Assembly (NCBI GenBank): GCA_903908825.1
Contig: CAIVTJ010000045.1
Span: forward strand, 1 to 51,806
DNA: 51,806 nucleotides
DNA from: an uncultured Pseudomonadota bacterium
Lineage (GTDB): Bacteria; Pseudomonadota; Gammaproteobacteria; Steroidobacterales; Steroidobacteraceae
Direction: 5' to 3'
The notes under the pieces are model-generated. The model searched no databases and was not told where the DNA came from. It worked only from the letters and a program-made list of their open reading frames with translations. Made by a program: the position numbers and the translations under genes. Each line of letters opens with the position of its first letter. Position 1 is the stretch's first letter. This document shows positions 1 through 10,133 of this stretch, in pieces.

Positions 1-250
1 CCCACAGCACCTGCTCGCCACCGTCTGCACGGCTGGCAAAGCGCACCGGCAATTGCGCGGCCAACGCGGCGTGGCCGGATACATCGTCAGTTGCCAGCCC
101 TTGCCGCTGGCCCGCCCAAGCCACAACCCGGTAGAGCGCACCACTGTCGAGCAGATGCCAGCCCAGCGCCGTCGCCACCCGCCGGCTGACCGTCCCCTTG
201 CCGGAGCCACCAGGGCCGTCGATGGCCAGCACGGGCACAGTGGGGCTCAT
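1..250 (-). CDS. cmk: Cytidylate kinase, 5' part (runs off the window start)
   Basis: Not in the ORF track. Manual translation from ATG at 250 gives MSPTVPVLAIDGPGGSGKGTVSRRVATALGWHLLDSGALYR (P-loop and LDSGALYR). ATGA overlap with the aroA stop. Confidence 0.95.
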   Translation of the reverse strand, partial: MSPTVPVLAIDGPGGSGKGTVSRRVATALGWHLLDSGALYRVVAWAGQRQGLATDDVSGHAALAAQLPVRFASRADGGEQVLW

Positions 251-1551
251 GCGCTGCGCACGTTCAATCCGGCAGCCGCAGCCACCTGCAGGAAGTCGGG
301 AAAAGAAGTGGCGACGTTTTCGACATCGTCGATCACGATCTCGCCGTCACTGAACAGGCTGGCCACCGCAAAGGCCATGGCGATGCGGTGGTCACCGTGA
401 CTGTCGATATGGCCGGCAGCAAACCGTTGGCCGCCTTGAATGCGGATGCCATCGGGCAGCAGTTCATTGACGATGCCCAGCCGCGTCAGCCCCTCGGCCA
501 TCACCGCCAAGCGATCACTTTCTTTGACGCGCAGCTCTTCGGCCCCGGTGACCAGCGTCTCGCCGCGCGCGCACGCCGCAGCGATGAACAGCACCGGAAA
601 CTCATCAATGGCCAGCGGCACCAGCGCCTCGGGCACATGGATGCCCTGCAACTGCGACGCGCGCACAGCAATATCGGCCGTGGGTTCAGCGCCCGCGCCG
701 GAGCGCTCGTGCACGCGCACGTCGGCACCCATCAGACGCAGGATGTCGAGCAAACCCGTGCGCGTGGGGTTAATGCCGACATTCTCGATGACAAATTCGC
801 TGCCGCCTGCCAAAGCCCCGGCCACCAGGAAAAAGGCGGCTGACGAAAAATCGCCCGGAACATTGACCGGCGCCGCCGTGAGCTTTTGCCCGCCGGCCAG
901 CCACACGCTGCCCTGATCGCGACCGATCCGCACGCCGAAATCCTGAAACATGCGCTCGGTGTGATCACGTGTCGGCGCGGGCTCGCTGACACGCGTCGTG
1001 CCCTCTGCATACAGACCCGCCAACAAAATGGCCGATTTAACCTGAGCGCTGGCCATGGGCAGCGCATAGTCGATGCCCTGCAATCGCGTCCCGGGCGTGA
1101 TGCGTACCGGCGGCTTGCCATCGGCTGTCTCGATCTGTGCGCCCATCAGACGCAGCGGCTTAGCCACCCGCTCCATCGGACGGCGGCGCAGCGACTCATC
1201 GCCGGTCAGCGTGCTGGCAAAGCCTTGGCCACTGAGCAGACCCATAAACAAGCGTATGGCGGTCCCGGCATTACCCATATCTAGAGCTTGCCCGGGCGCC
1301 GACAGGCCGCGCTCGCCGACGCCATGCACCCGCAGTTGCGTAGCCGAGAGCTGCTCGACCTGCACGCCCATCAACTGCTGGGCGCGCAGCGTGGCCAGGC
1401 AATCGGCGCTGGCCAGAAAACCCTGCACCTCAGTCACGCCGCTAGCGATGCCACCGAGCATCACGGATCGATGCGAGATGGACTTATCGCCGGGAACCCG
1501 GATGCTGCCGTTGACCCGGCTGACCGGTGCGGCGATGAATCGCTGTGTCAT
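247..1551 (-). CDS. aroA: 3-phosphoshikimate 1-carboxyvinyltransferase (EPSP synthase, class II)
   Basis: Motifs PGDKSISHR, GNAGT, SAQVKS, RDHTE, KESDR and DHRIAM. Confidence 0.97.
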   Translation of the reverse strand: MTQRFIAAPVSRVNGSIRVPGDKSISHRSVMLGGIASGVTEVQGFLASADCLATLRAQQLMGVQVEQLSATQLRVHGVGERGLSAPGQALDMGNAGTAIRLFMGLLSGQGFASTLTGDESLRRRPMERVAKPLRLMGAQIETADGKPPVRITPGTRLQGIDYALPMASAQVKSAILLAGLYAEGTTRVSEPAPTRDHTERMFQDFGVRIGRDQGSVWLAGGQKLTAAPVNVPGDFSSAAFFLVAGALAGGSEFVIENVGINPTRTGLLDILRLMGADVRVHERSGAGAEPTADIAVRASQLQGIHVPEALVPLAIDEFPVLFIAAACARGETLVTGAEELRVKESDRLAVMAEGLTRLGIVNELLPDGIRIQGGQRFAAGHIDSHGDHRIAMAFAVASLFSDGEIVIDDVENVATSFPDFLQVAAAAGLNVRSA

Positions 1552-1578
1552 GTGTTATCTCTTCCGGCCGGACACGGG

Positions 1579-2724
1579 TCAGGCCAAGCACTGGCGCAAA
1601 GCGTCTATCAGGCGCTGATTTTGTCCTGCGGTACCGATGGTGATGCGTACACAGCGCGGCAAGCCATAGCCACCGACCGGGCGCACGATGACGCCATGAC
1701 GCAATAAACCCTCATAGACCTGCTGGCCGCTCAAGCCGCCTGCACTGACATCCGCCAGCACAAAGTTGCCGGCCGAAGGAAACAGCCGCACGCCCAGCGC
1801 CGGCAAAGCCTCTTGGAACTGCGCCAGGCCGGCTTCCACCAGCGCCACGGCGCGCGCGGCCTGCTGCGCATCGTTCAAGGCCGCGGCAGCAGCCGCCAAC
1901 GCCGGGATGGTTACATTGAACGGCGCCCGGACCCGGTTGAGGATGTTGGCCACCTCCGGGTGCGACAACGCATAGCCGACACGCAAACCCGCCAGCGCGT
2001 GCGCTTTGGAGAAAGTGCGCAGCACCACAAGGTTAGGGTGCCGGCTCAGCAATGTGCTGCCATCGGTGCAACCCATGCGCTGCGCATATTCGAAATACGC
2101 CTCGTCCAGCACGACCAGCGTGGTGTCCGGCACCGCATCCAGAAAGCGACGCAGCGCCGCGTCATCGACCCAACTACCGGTGGGGTTATTGGGATTAGCA
2201 ATGAACACCAGCCGCGTTTCGGCATCGATAGCGGCCAACATGGCCTGCAGGTCATGGCCGTTGGGCATGGCCGAATCGACCGGCAGCGCTGCAGTGATCT
2301 TGGCCGCAGCACCTGTGGCCTGCACCACCAGTCCATAGATGGCAAAGGCATATTGCGAGATGACTGCGTTGCGGCTGCCATCGAGAAAGGCTTCGGCCAA
2401 CAGGACGAGTAGATCGTTAGAACCATTACCCAGCGTGATCTGCGCGGCAGACACCCCGTGATGACGCGCCAAGGCCTCCTTGAGGTCAAAGCCGTTGCCA
2501 TCCGGATAGAGCAAGGTATCGGCCAGCGACGCTTGTGCCGCCGCCAGAGCCAGCGGGCTGGGACCCAACGGGTTTTCGTTGGAGGCCAGCTTGATGATTT
2601 CGGTCACCCCCAGTTCGCGGGTGAGTTCGCTGATGGGCTTGCCTATAACGTAGGGCGAGATGCCCTGCACGGCCGGCACAGCCAGCGAGCCAGGGCCAGC
2701 CCCAGTCGACATGTCGCGCCCCAT
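1579..2724 (-). CDS. hisC: Histidinol-phosphate/aromatic aminotransferase
   Basis: Motifs KLASNENP, NPNNPTG, DEAY and RTFSKAHALAGLRVG (PLP lysine). Start may instead be ATG 2712. Confidence 0.93.
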   Translation of the reverse strand: MGRDMSTGAGPGSLAVPAVQGISPYVIGKPISELTRELGVTEIIKLASNENPLGPSPLALAAAQASLADTLLYPDGNGFDLKEALARHHGVSAAQITLGNGSNDLLVLLAEAFLDGSRNAVISQYAFAIYGLVVQATGAAAKITAALPVDSAMPNGHDLQAMLAAIDAETRLVFIANPNNPTGSWVDDAALRRFLDAVPDTTLVVLDEAYFEYAQRMGCTDGSTLLSRHPNLVVLRTFSKAHALAGLRVGYALSHPEVANILNRVRAPFNVTIPALAAAAAALNDAQQAARAVALVEAGLAQFQEALPALGVRLFPSAGNFVLADVSAGGLSGQQVYEGLLRHGVIVRPVGGYGLPRCVRITIGTAGQNQRLIDALRQCLA

Positions 2725-3851
2725 TAGAGTATGGCTCTCGGGTAAGAGCCGACGATGCGGAACAAGGCGGCCCGTTCACGCAGGCCGTCTAAGGCTGCCG
2801 CCACACCGGCGTCTTCGGCGTGACCGACCAGATCGATGAAGAACACGTAGTGCCACTTGCGCTTGCGCGAGGGCCGCGACTCGATACGCGTCATGCTGAC
2901 GCCATGCACGGCCAGAGGCTCCAGTAAACGCAGCAGCGCGCCTGCACCCTCATCAGCCGGCGACACCATGATGGTCGTGCGGTCATCGCCACTGGGACGC
3001 AGCAACTGCCTGCCGAGAACCAGAAAGCGCGTGGTGTTGTCGGCACTGTCTTCGATACGCGGCGCCAGGATGCCCAAACCATAAATCTCGGCAGCGGTCT
3101 CGCCGGCAATAGCAGCCGTGCCCTGCTCATCACGCGCGCGACGCGCCCCTTCTGCGTTGCTGCTGACGGCAATACGCTCGACCTCGGGCAGGTGTTCATC
3201 CAGCCAGCCACGACATTGACCCAGCGCCTGCGCATGGGCGCAGATGCGTTGCACCTTGGCCAAGTCCTGCATGCGCCCGATCAGAAAATGATGGATGCGC
3301 AATTCCACCTCACCGCAGATGTGCAGCGAGGTATGCAAAAACCGGTCGAGCGTGTTGTTAACCGTGCCTTCGGTGGAGTTCTCGATGGGCACAACGCCAA
3401 AGTCAGCCGTTCCGGCCTGCACCTCGACAAACACGTCGTCTATGGCAGGCAGCGGCAAGGCACGCACCGAATGTCCGAAATGCTTGAGCACGGCGGCTTG
3501 CGTGAAGGTGCCCTCGGGTCCCAGAAACGCAATCTTCAGCGGTTGTTCCTGAGCCAGACAGGCAGACATGATCTCGCGGAACAGACGCAGGATTTCATCG
3601 TCACGCAAGGGCCCGTGATTGCGCTCAAGCGCCATGCGCAGCACCTGCGCCTCACGCTCGGGCCGGTAAAAATCTACGGTGTGGCCGTCTTTGTGTTTGG
3701 ACAGGCCAACCTGTTGCGCCAACCGTGCACGGTCGTTGATGAGCTGATGGATCTGTGCATCGACCGCATCAATCTGTTGGCGTATGCCCTGCAGCAGCGG
3801 CTCTTTGCCACCGGGCGCTGGCGGATCGGAAGGTGGGTTGGTCGCGGCCAT
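2724..3851 (-). CDS. pheA: Chorismate mutase/prephenate dehydratase (P-protein)
   Basis: AroQ N-terminal domain, LGPEGTF, PIENSTEG, NTTRF and ACT-domain IESRPS. Confidence 0.96.
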   Translation of the reverse strand: MAATNPPSDPPAPGGKEPLLQGIRQQIDAVDAQIHQLINDRARLAQQVGLSKHKDGHTVDFYRPEREAQVLRMALERNHGPLRDDEILRLFREIMSACLAQEQPLKIAFLGPEGTFTQAAVLKHFGHSVRALPLPAIDDVFVEVQAGTADFGVVPIENSTEGTVNNTLDRFLHTSLHICGEVELRIHHFLIGRMQDLAKVQRICAHAQALGQCRGWLDEHLPEVERIAVSSNAEGARRARDEQGTAAIAGETAAEIYGLGILAPRIEDSADNTTRFLVLGRQLLRPSGDDRTTIMVSPADEGAGALLRLLEPLAVHGVSMTRIESRPSRKRKWHYVFFIDLVGHAEDAGVAAALDGLRERAALFRIVGSYPRAIL

Positions 3852-3867
3852 GAGGGTAGTGCTCCGC

Positions 3868-6459
3868 CTAAGCGGAAGGCACTTGTCCTTCTGCGCTGAC
3901 CACCGCTGCAGCGTCGGCGAGTGGCTCTTCGATGAGCTGCTCCACGCGCACCACGCCGACCAGCCGCTCGCCCTGCAGCTTGATCAGCCGCACACCCTGG
4001 GTGTTGCGGCCTAGCACCGAGATGGTGTTGACCGGCGTGCGCACCAGTGTGCCGTTGGAGCTGATGAGCATCAGTTCGTGCTCCGGCCCGACTTGCAGCG
4101 CAGAGACTAACGGACCGTTGCGGCCACTGGTCTGCAAGGCGATGACGCCCTGCCCGCCACGACCGTGGGTCGGGAACTCGCCCAACTCGGTGAGTTTGCC
4201 GTAACCGTTTTCGGAGGCCGTCAGCACCAGACCCTGATCGACCACGATGAGTGCGATCAGTTGCTCGCCCTCGGGAAGACGGATGCCGCGCACACCGGTG
4301 GAATTGCGGCCCGTATCGCTGACCTCGGTCTCACTGAACCGGATAGCCTTGCCGCCGCTGCTGAGCAACATGATGTCGCGCTGCCCATCGGTCAGAGCCA
4401 CATCGACCAAGCTGTCGTCTTCACGCAGATCGACCGCGATGATGCCGCTGGTGCGCCGGTTGGAGAACGCCGTCAGCGAAGTCTTTTTGACTGTGCCGTG
4501 GCGCGTGGCCATGAACACAAACTGGTCTTCGGCATAAGCCTTGATGGGCAACACGGCCGTGATCTTCTCGCCATCCTGCAAGGCCAGCAGATTGACGATG
4601 GGCTTGCCGCGCGAATTCGAACCCGCCTGCGGCAGCTTGTAGACGTCCAGCCAATAGACCTGGCCGCGCGTTGAGAAACACAACAAGGTGTCATGACTGT
4701 GCGCGACGAACAGCTTCTCGATGAAGTCTTCGTCTTTGATGGCCGCTGCCGCACGGCCCACGCCACCGCGGCCCTGTGCGCGATAGTCGGACACCGGCTG
4801 CGCCTTGGCATAGCCGCTGTGAGACAAGGTGACCACCATGTCCTGCGGATCGATGAGGTCTTTGTCGGTGACATCGAGCTGGTTGACCTCGATGGTGGTG
4901 CGGCGCGCATCACCGAACTGTTCGAGGATTTCCAGCAAGCCGGCGCGTACTTCCTGCGTCAGTCGCTCGGGCCGCGCCAGGATGTCGCACAGGTCGGCGA
5001 TAACCGACAGCAACTGCTGATACTCGGCGATGATCTTGTCTTGCTCGAGCCCGGTGAGCCGGTTGAGGCGCATCTCGAGGATGGCCTGCGCCTGCGCCTC
5101 ACTGAGCCGATAACCCTGGGCTTGCAGCCCGTACTCCGCGACCAGCCCAGCAGGCCGGGTGTCGACCGCACCGGCACGCTCGAGCATGGCCGGAACAGCG
5201 CCGGCCGGCCACACGCGCGCCAACAAGGCCACACGCGCCTCCTGCGGCGAAGGCGAGGCTTTGATGAGGGCAATGACTTCGTCGATGTTGGCCAGCGCCA
5301 CCGCCAGACCTTCGAGCAGGTGGGCCCGTTCGCGTGCCTTGCGCAACTCATAAATAGTGCGTCGGGTGATGACTTCGCGGCGGTGACGCAGGAAGGCATC
5401 GAGCATCTCGCGCAGCGACATCAGTCGCGGCTGGCCATCTTGCAAGGCCACCATGTTGATGCCGAACACAGTCTCTAGCGGCGTCTGCGTATAAAGGTTG
5501 TTGAGCACGATCTCGGCGTTCTCACCGCGCTTGAGCTCGATGACGATGCGCATGCCGTCTTTGTCGGACTCATCACGCAGACCATCTGAGGCGATACCCT
5601 CGATGTTCTTGCCGCGCACCAGGTCGGCGATACGCTCGATGAGCCGCGCCTTGTTAACCTGGTAAGGCAGTTCGGTGATGATGATGGCTTGGCGCTTGCC
5701 GCCTTCCATATCTTCGATGGTGCAACGGCCGCGGATAGACAGGCGCCCGCGACCGGTGCGATAGGCCGCGACGATTTCCTGAGCACCGTTGATGATGCCG
5801 GCGGTCGGAAAATCGGGACCCGGCACATGCTGCATGAGTCCGGCCAGCGTGATGGCCGGATCGTCGATGACGGCCAGCAACGCGTTGATGATCTCGGTCA
5901 GGTTGTGCGGCGGTATGTTGGTGGCCATACCGACGGCAATGCCGGAAGCACCATTGACCAGCAGATTAGGCACGCGCGCCGGCAGCACTGCCGGCTCTTG
6001 TTCGGACTCGTCATAGTTGGGGACGAAGTCCACGGTCTCTTTGTCGATGTCGGCCAGCAGCTCTTGCGCCAGGCGCGACATGCGCACTTCCGTGTAACGC
6101 ATGGCCGCAGGCATGTCGCCGTCTACAGAGCCGAAATTGCCCTGACCGTCGACCAGCATGTAGCGCATGGAAAACGGCTGCGCCATACGTACGATGGCGT
6201 CATAGACCGCCGAATCGCCGTGCGGATGGTATTTGCCGATGACATCACCGACCACACGCGCGGACTTTTTATAGGGTTTGTTGTAGTCGTTGCCCAGTTC
6301 GCGCATGGCGAACAGCACGCGCCGGTGCACGGGCTTGAGCCCGTCACGCACATCTGGCAAGGCACGGCCGACGATGACGCTCATGGCGTAATCGAGATAG
6401 GACTGCCGCATCTCGTCTTCGAGGTTGACCGGCAGAATTTCGCGGGCGATTTCCGTCAT
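3868..6459 (-). CDS. gyrA: DNA gyrase subunit A
   Basis: Motifs [27 protein letters not shown], GyrA-box QGRGGVG and C-terminal pinwheel repeats. Confidence 0.98.
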   Translation of the reverse strand: MTEIAREILPVNLEDEMRQSYLDYAMSVIVGRALPDVRDGLKPVHRRVLFAMRELGNDYNKPYKKSARVVGDVIGKYHPHGDSAVYDAIVRMAQPFSMRYMLVDGQGNFGSVDGDMPAAMRYTEVRMSRLAQELLADIDKETVDFVPNYDESEQEPAVLPARVPNLLVNGASGIAVGMATNIPPHNLTEIINALLAVIDDPAITLAGLMQHVPGPDFPTAGIINGAQEIVAAYRTGRGRLSIRGRCTIEDMEGGKRQAIIITELPYQVNKARLIERIADLVRGKNIEGIASDGLRDESDKDGMRIVIELKRGENAEIVLNNLYTQTPLETVFGINMVALQDGQPRLMSLREMLDAFLRHRREVITRRTIYELRKARERAHLLEGLAVALANIDEVIALIKASPSPQEARVALLARVWPAGAVPAMLERAGAVDTRPAGLVAEYGLQAQGYRLSEAQAQAILEMRLNRLTGLEQDKIIAEYQQLLSVIADLCDILARPERLTQEVRAGLLEILEQFGDARRTTIEVNQLDVTDKDLIDPQDMVVTLSHSGYAKAQPVSDYRAQGRGGVGRAAAAIKDEDFIEKLFVAHSHDTLLCFSTRGQVYWLDVYKLPQAGSNSRGKPIVNLLALQDGEKITAVLPIKAYAEDQFVFMATRHGTVKKTSLTAFSNRRTSGIIAVDLREDDSLVDVALTDGQRDIMLLSSGGKAIRFSETEVSDTGRNSTGVRGIRLPEGEQLIALIVVDQGLVLTASENGYGKLTELGEFPTHGRGGQGVIALQTSGRNGPLVSALQVGPEHELMLISSNGTLVRTPVNTISVLGRNTQGVRLIKLQGERLVGVVRVEQLIEEPLADAAAVVSAEGQVPSA

Positions 6460-6561
6460 TGAGCTACAGGCCTGTTAATTGCGGAATGGTAACACAAGCC
6501 ACTCTATAGACCCTATCCGGGCAACTGCATGTCACCGCCTGCTCAGGCTATACTTGGCGCC

Positions 6562-7281
6562 GTGAATACGCCCCGCCACGGCAGCTTTGATCCTGCCGAA
6601 ATCGCCAAGTTTGACGCCCTCGCGGCGCGCTTCTGGGACGAGTCCGCCGATTTCAAGCCGCTACACCGCCTCAACCCGGTGCGCACCGCTTACATTCAAG
6701 CCCGCACGCCGCTCGCCGGCCGCCGCGTGCTCGACGTCGGCTGCGGCGGCGGACTGCTGGCCGAGGCGCTGTGCCGACACGGTGCACAGGTCACCGCGGT
6801 CGACCGCGCTGCCGGCATGATCGAAGTCGCCCGCCTGCATGCCGCCGAATCCGGTCTGGCCATCGATTACCGTTGTGGCGACGCCGAACAGTTGTTGGCC
6901 GATTCGCTGCATTCGTTCGATGTGGTCTGCTGCATGGAAATGCTCGAGCACGTACCCGATCCGGCCGCCATGCTGGCCACGCTGGCGCAGTGGGTCAAAC
7001 CCGGCGGCGAGCTGTTTGTATCCACCCTCAACCGCAATGCCAAGGCCTTTGCGCTGGCTATCGTCGGTGCCGAATATGTGCTGCGCCTGCTGCCGCGCGG
7101 TACGCATGAATACGCCCGCTTCATCAAACCCTCAGAGCTGGCGCGTTGGGCACGTGATGCGCAACTGCAAGTCAGTGACATGGCCGGCATCGCGTACGAC
7201 CCGCTAGCCGATCGCGCGCGCCTGACTGACGATGTGTCGGTCAACTACCTCGTGCACCTGCACGCAGCCGATTCCCCATGA
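6562..7281 (+). CDS. ubiG: Ubiquinone biosynthesis O-methyltransferase
   Basis: Motifs EIAKF, KPLHRLNP, LDVGCGGG, CMEMLEHVPDP and GTHEY. Start taken as GTG 6562 because a -10 box lies at 6549-6554; the track start is 6529. Confidence 0.95.
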   Translation: MNTPRHGSFDPAEIAKFDALAARFWDESADFKPLHRLNPVRTAYIQARTPLAGRRVLDVGCGGGLLAEALCRHGAQVTAVDRAAGMIEVARLHAAESGLAIDYRCGDAEQLLADSLHSFDVVCCMEMLEHVPDPAAMLATLAQWVKPGGELFVSTLNRNAKAFALAIVGAEYVLRLLPRGTHEYARFIKPSELARWARDAQLQVSDMAGIAYDPLADRARLTDDVSVNYLVHLHAADSP

Positions 7282-7943
7282 CTAGCAACGCCATCAGCGC
7301 TGTGTTGTTTGACTTGGATGGCACACTGGTCGATACGGCGCCCGACATGGTCGCCGCCCTCAACACCCTGCGTACCGAAGAGGGCCTCGAAGACCTGCCC
7401 TATGCGCTGGCCCGCGCGCAGGTCTCGCATGGCTCCAGCGGCCTGGTCAGCCTCGCCTTCCCGGCGGCTTCAGGTCCCAGCTTCGAGGCCCTGCGGGCCC
7501 GCTTCCTGTCTTTGTACAGCGAGCGTTTGGCGGTGGACACCCAACTGTTTGCCGGTTGCGAGCAAGTGCTGACCACGCTCGAACAACAAGGGCTGCCTTG
7601 GGGCATCGTCACCAACAAGCCGGGCTTTCTGGCCGCGCCCCTGCTGCGTGCGCTGCAACTGACTGACCGCGCCGGTTGCATCGTGGCCGGCGATACCTTG
7701 CCGCAGCGCAAACCTCATCCCGCTCCTCTACTGCATGCCGCAGAGTTGCTGGGCGTGGCGGCGCCGCACTGCCTTTATGTGGGCGATGCCGAGCGTGACG
7801 TGCAATCGGCCCGCAGTGCAGGCATGACCGTGCTGGTGGCCGCTTATGGTTATCTGGACGATGAGGACGACACACTCGCCTGGCAGCCTGATGGCCATGT
7901 CGCCACGCCGCTGGACATCCTCACTTGGCTGCATAGGGCCTAA
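7278..7943 (+). CDS. gph: HAD phosphatase (phosphoglycolate phosphatase / MupP-like)
   Basis: Motifs FDLDGTLVDT, TNKP, KPHPAP and YVGDAERD; usual position after ubiG. Confidence 0.85.
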   Translation: MTSNAISAVLFDLDGTLVDTAPDMVAALNTLRTEEGLEDLPYALARAQVSHGSSGLVSLAFPAASGPSFEALRARFLSLYSERLAVDTQLFAGCEQVLTTLEQQGLPWGIVTNKPGFLAAPLLRALQLTDRAGCIVAGDTLPQRKPHPAPLLHAAELLGVAAPHCLYVGDAERDVQSARSAGMTVLVAAYGYLDDEDDTLAWQPDGHVATPLDILTWLHRA

Positions 7944-7946
7944 GCC

Positions 7947-8696
7947 ATGCCAGATCCGCGCTTCATCCCTCCCGTCGCAGGCCTGCTGCAAGGCCGCGTC
8001 ATAGCGGTCACCGGCGCCAGCGACGGCATCGGCCGTGCGGTCGCCATCGCCGCGGCGCAGCACGGCGCACAAGTCATCCTGATCGGCCGCTCGGCCCGCA
8101 AACTCGAAGCAGTCCGCAACGCCATCGTCGCTGACCACGGTGAAGTGGCCACCATTGCCGTACTCGACCTCGAAAAAGCCTTGGCCGGCGATTACGACCG
8201 CTTGGCCGCGGCCGTGCTCGAACACTACGGACGCTTAGACGGGCTGGTGCACTGCGCGGCCATACTCGGTGCGCTGACGCCCATCGAGCAATATGACGTG
8301 CCGCAGTGGTGTCGCGTGTTGCATATCAACGTGACGGCCGCCTTTGTCCTGACGCAGGTGCTGCTGCCGGCGCTGCGTCTGTCAGCTGATGCTTCAGTCA
8401 TCTTCACCAGCAGCGGTGTCGGCCGCCAAGGGCGCGCCTACTGGGGCGCTTATGCGGTGTCCAAGTTTGCGGTCGAAGGTCTGAGTCAGGTCTTGGCCGC
8501 CGAGATGTCGGGCAACACCACAGTGCGCGTCAATGTGCTCAACCCGGGCCCGGTGCGCACGCTGATGCGCCGGCAGGCGTTTCCATCCGAGGATGCTGAC
8601 GCGCTGACCACACCGCAGGTGGTGGCCGAACAGTATCTGTGGCTGCTGGGCCCCCAAACCCGCGACCTCACCGGTCAGTCAATCGACTGCCAATAA
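7947..8696 (+). CDS. yciK: YciK-family short-chain oxidoreductase
   Basis: Motifs TGASDGIG, YWGAYAVSK (YxxxK) and NPGPVRT; ubiG-gph-yciK synteny. Confidence 0.88.
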   Translation: MPDPRFIPPVAGLLQGRVIAVTGASDGIGRAVAIAAAQHGAQVILIGRSARKLEAVRNAIVADHGEVATIAVLDLEKALAGDYDRLAAAVLEHYGRLDGLVHCAAILGALTPIEQYDVPQWCRVLHINVTAAFVLTQVLLPALRLSADASVIFTSSGVGRQGRAYWGAYAVSKFAVEGLSQVLAAEMSGNTTVRVNVLNPGPVRTLMRRQAFPSEDADALTTPQVVAEQYLWLLGPQTRDLTGQSIDCQ

Positions 8697-8697
8697 G

Positions 8698-9501
8698 CTA
8701 GTCGGCCACTTCATCGCCGGCAGGCACAGCGACAGCCTGCTCAGCCAGCAACTGCTGCAACTCTTCGCTCTCTAACGGGCGCACTTGGCCGCGTGGCAAA
8801 TCACGGTCCAGATGCAGCGACCCGAATTGCACGCGCAAGATGCGACTGACCACTGCACCTTGCCGCTCGAACAGCGCCCGCAGGTCGCGCCCGTTCGCAC
8901 CGATGGCTTGCACCTGATACCAGCGGTTAGCCGCTTCGCCGCCGGACGGCTCGCAGCTGAGCAAGTGCAGCCGCTCACCGCTATCGAGCTCACCAGCCAT
9001 CGCACCCTCAAGCTGCGAGGATTCCAGTTCGCCGCGCAGACGCAAGCTGAAGCCCATCTCCAGTCCGCGCACGCGCCGCTGCAAGGCGGCCGCCAACACA
9101 CCATCCGAGGTCATGATCTCTAAACCGCCATCAATACGCGGCATGGGGCTGACTGCGATGTAGCGCTTGCCGCTGCGCGTCGGCAGGCGGTCAATTAAGG
9201 CCTGGCGCTCTTCGCCCTCGCGCGGCTCAACCAGACCTTCACCGGGTGAGCGGTGGCACAGGAAGGAGGCACTGCGCACCGTGGAGGCCTGACGCACCAG
9301 CCGGCCGTCGAGCTTGACCTGATCGTTACCCGCCGCACGCGTGCCCAGCGTGGCCACGTCGCCATTGATGGTGACCCGGCCTTGGCGTATCCAGTCCTCT
9401 GCTTCCCGGCGCGATCCCAAGCCTGCCCGCGCGAGGATTTTCTGGACACGCTCGGGCTCTGGCGCAACAGGCGCAACACGCAGGTTCGGGGGCTTTTTCA
9501 G
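8698..9501 (-). CDS. rluB: RluB-like S4-domain pseudouridine synthase homologue, apparently catalytically degenerate
   Basis: S4 domain ERVQKILARAGLGSRRE and RluB-type scaffold (SGGE..N.WY, VSR..RV.FG, LPRG); follows scpB. The conserved N-terminus extends upstream of the track's TTG 9420 to CTG 9501. GRLD is replaced by SPMP. Confidence 0.8.
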   Translation of the reverse strand: MKKPPNLRVAPVAPEPERVQKILARAGLGSRREAEDWIRQGRVTINGDVATLGTRAAGNDQVKLDGRLVRQASTVRSASFLCHRSPGEGLVEPREGEERQALIDRLPTRSGKRYIAVSPMPRIDGGLEIMTSDGVLAAALQRRVRGLEMGFSLRLRGELESSQLEGAMAGELDSGERLHLLSCEPSGGEAANRWYQVQAIGANGRDLRALFERQGAVVSRILRVQFGSLHLDRDLPRGQVRPLESEELQQLLAEQAVAVPAGDEVAD

Positions 9502-10133
9502 GTGATGTCTTCCGTCAAAGTGTCAGGCATGGGTAAGGCAGGTACAGGCAGATCGACCGCTTCAGCTTGGCCCAGCGGATTAGGCAGCGACAATTGCGGG
9601 TCGAGTTCGCTCAAGGCTTTGATGTCCGGCAGGCTGGGCAATTGATCGAGGCTGCGCAGGCCGAAATAGTCTAGAAAGTCCCGCGTCGTACCCAGCAATT
9701 CGGGATGACCCGGCAGGTCGCGATGGCCCACCACGCGTATCCAACTGCGCTCTAGCAGCGTTTTGATGATGTTCGGGTTGACGGCCACGCCGCGCACCGC
9801 CTCGATTTCGGCGCGGGTGACCGGTTGCCGGTAAGCGATCAGCGCCAGCGTCTCGAGCAAAGCGCGCGAATATTTAGCCGGACGTTCGGGCCACAGGCGC
9901 GAGACCTCGGCCGCCAATTCACGGCGCACTTGGATGCGAAAACCGGCGGCGGTTTCCCGCAGTTCGATACCGCGTCCGGCGTATTCCTCGGTCAGTGCGG
10001 CCAAGGTGCTGCGCAGCTCATCGGGCGTGGGTCGCGACAGCGCATCAAACACCTGCAACAACTCGTGCACCGTCACGCTGCGGCCTGCAGCCAGCAGTGC
10101 CGCCTCAACCAGATTACGGGAATGTTCACTCAT
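9498..10133 (-). CDS. scpB: SMC-Scp complex subunit ScpB
   Basis: Motifs LETLALIAYRQPVTRAEIEAVRGV and GTTRDFLDYFGL. Confidence 0.96.
   Translation of the reverse strand: MSEHSRNLVEAALLAAGRSVTVHELLQVFDALSRPTPDELRSTLAALTEEYAGRGIELRETAAGFRIQVRRELAAEVSRLWPERPAKYSRALLETLALIAYRQPVTRAEIEAVRGVAVNPNIIKTLLERSWIRVVGHRDLPGHPELLGTTRDFLDYFGLRSLDQLPSLPDIKALSELDPQLSLPNPLGQAEAVDLPVPALPMPDTLTEDIT

Noticed and set aside
6190..6230. Quinolone-resistance substitutions in GyrA
   Set aside because: HGDSAVYD keeps Ser83 and Asp87 (E. coli numbering).
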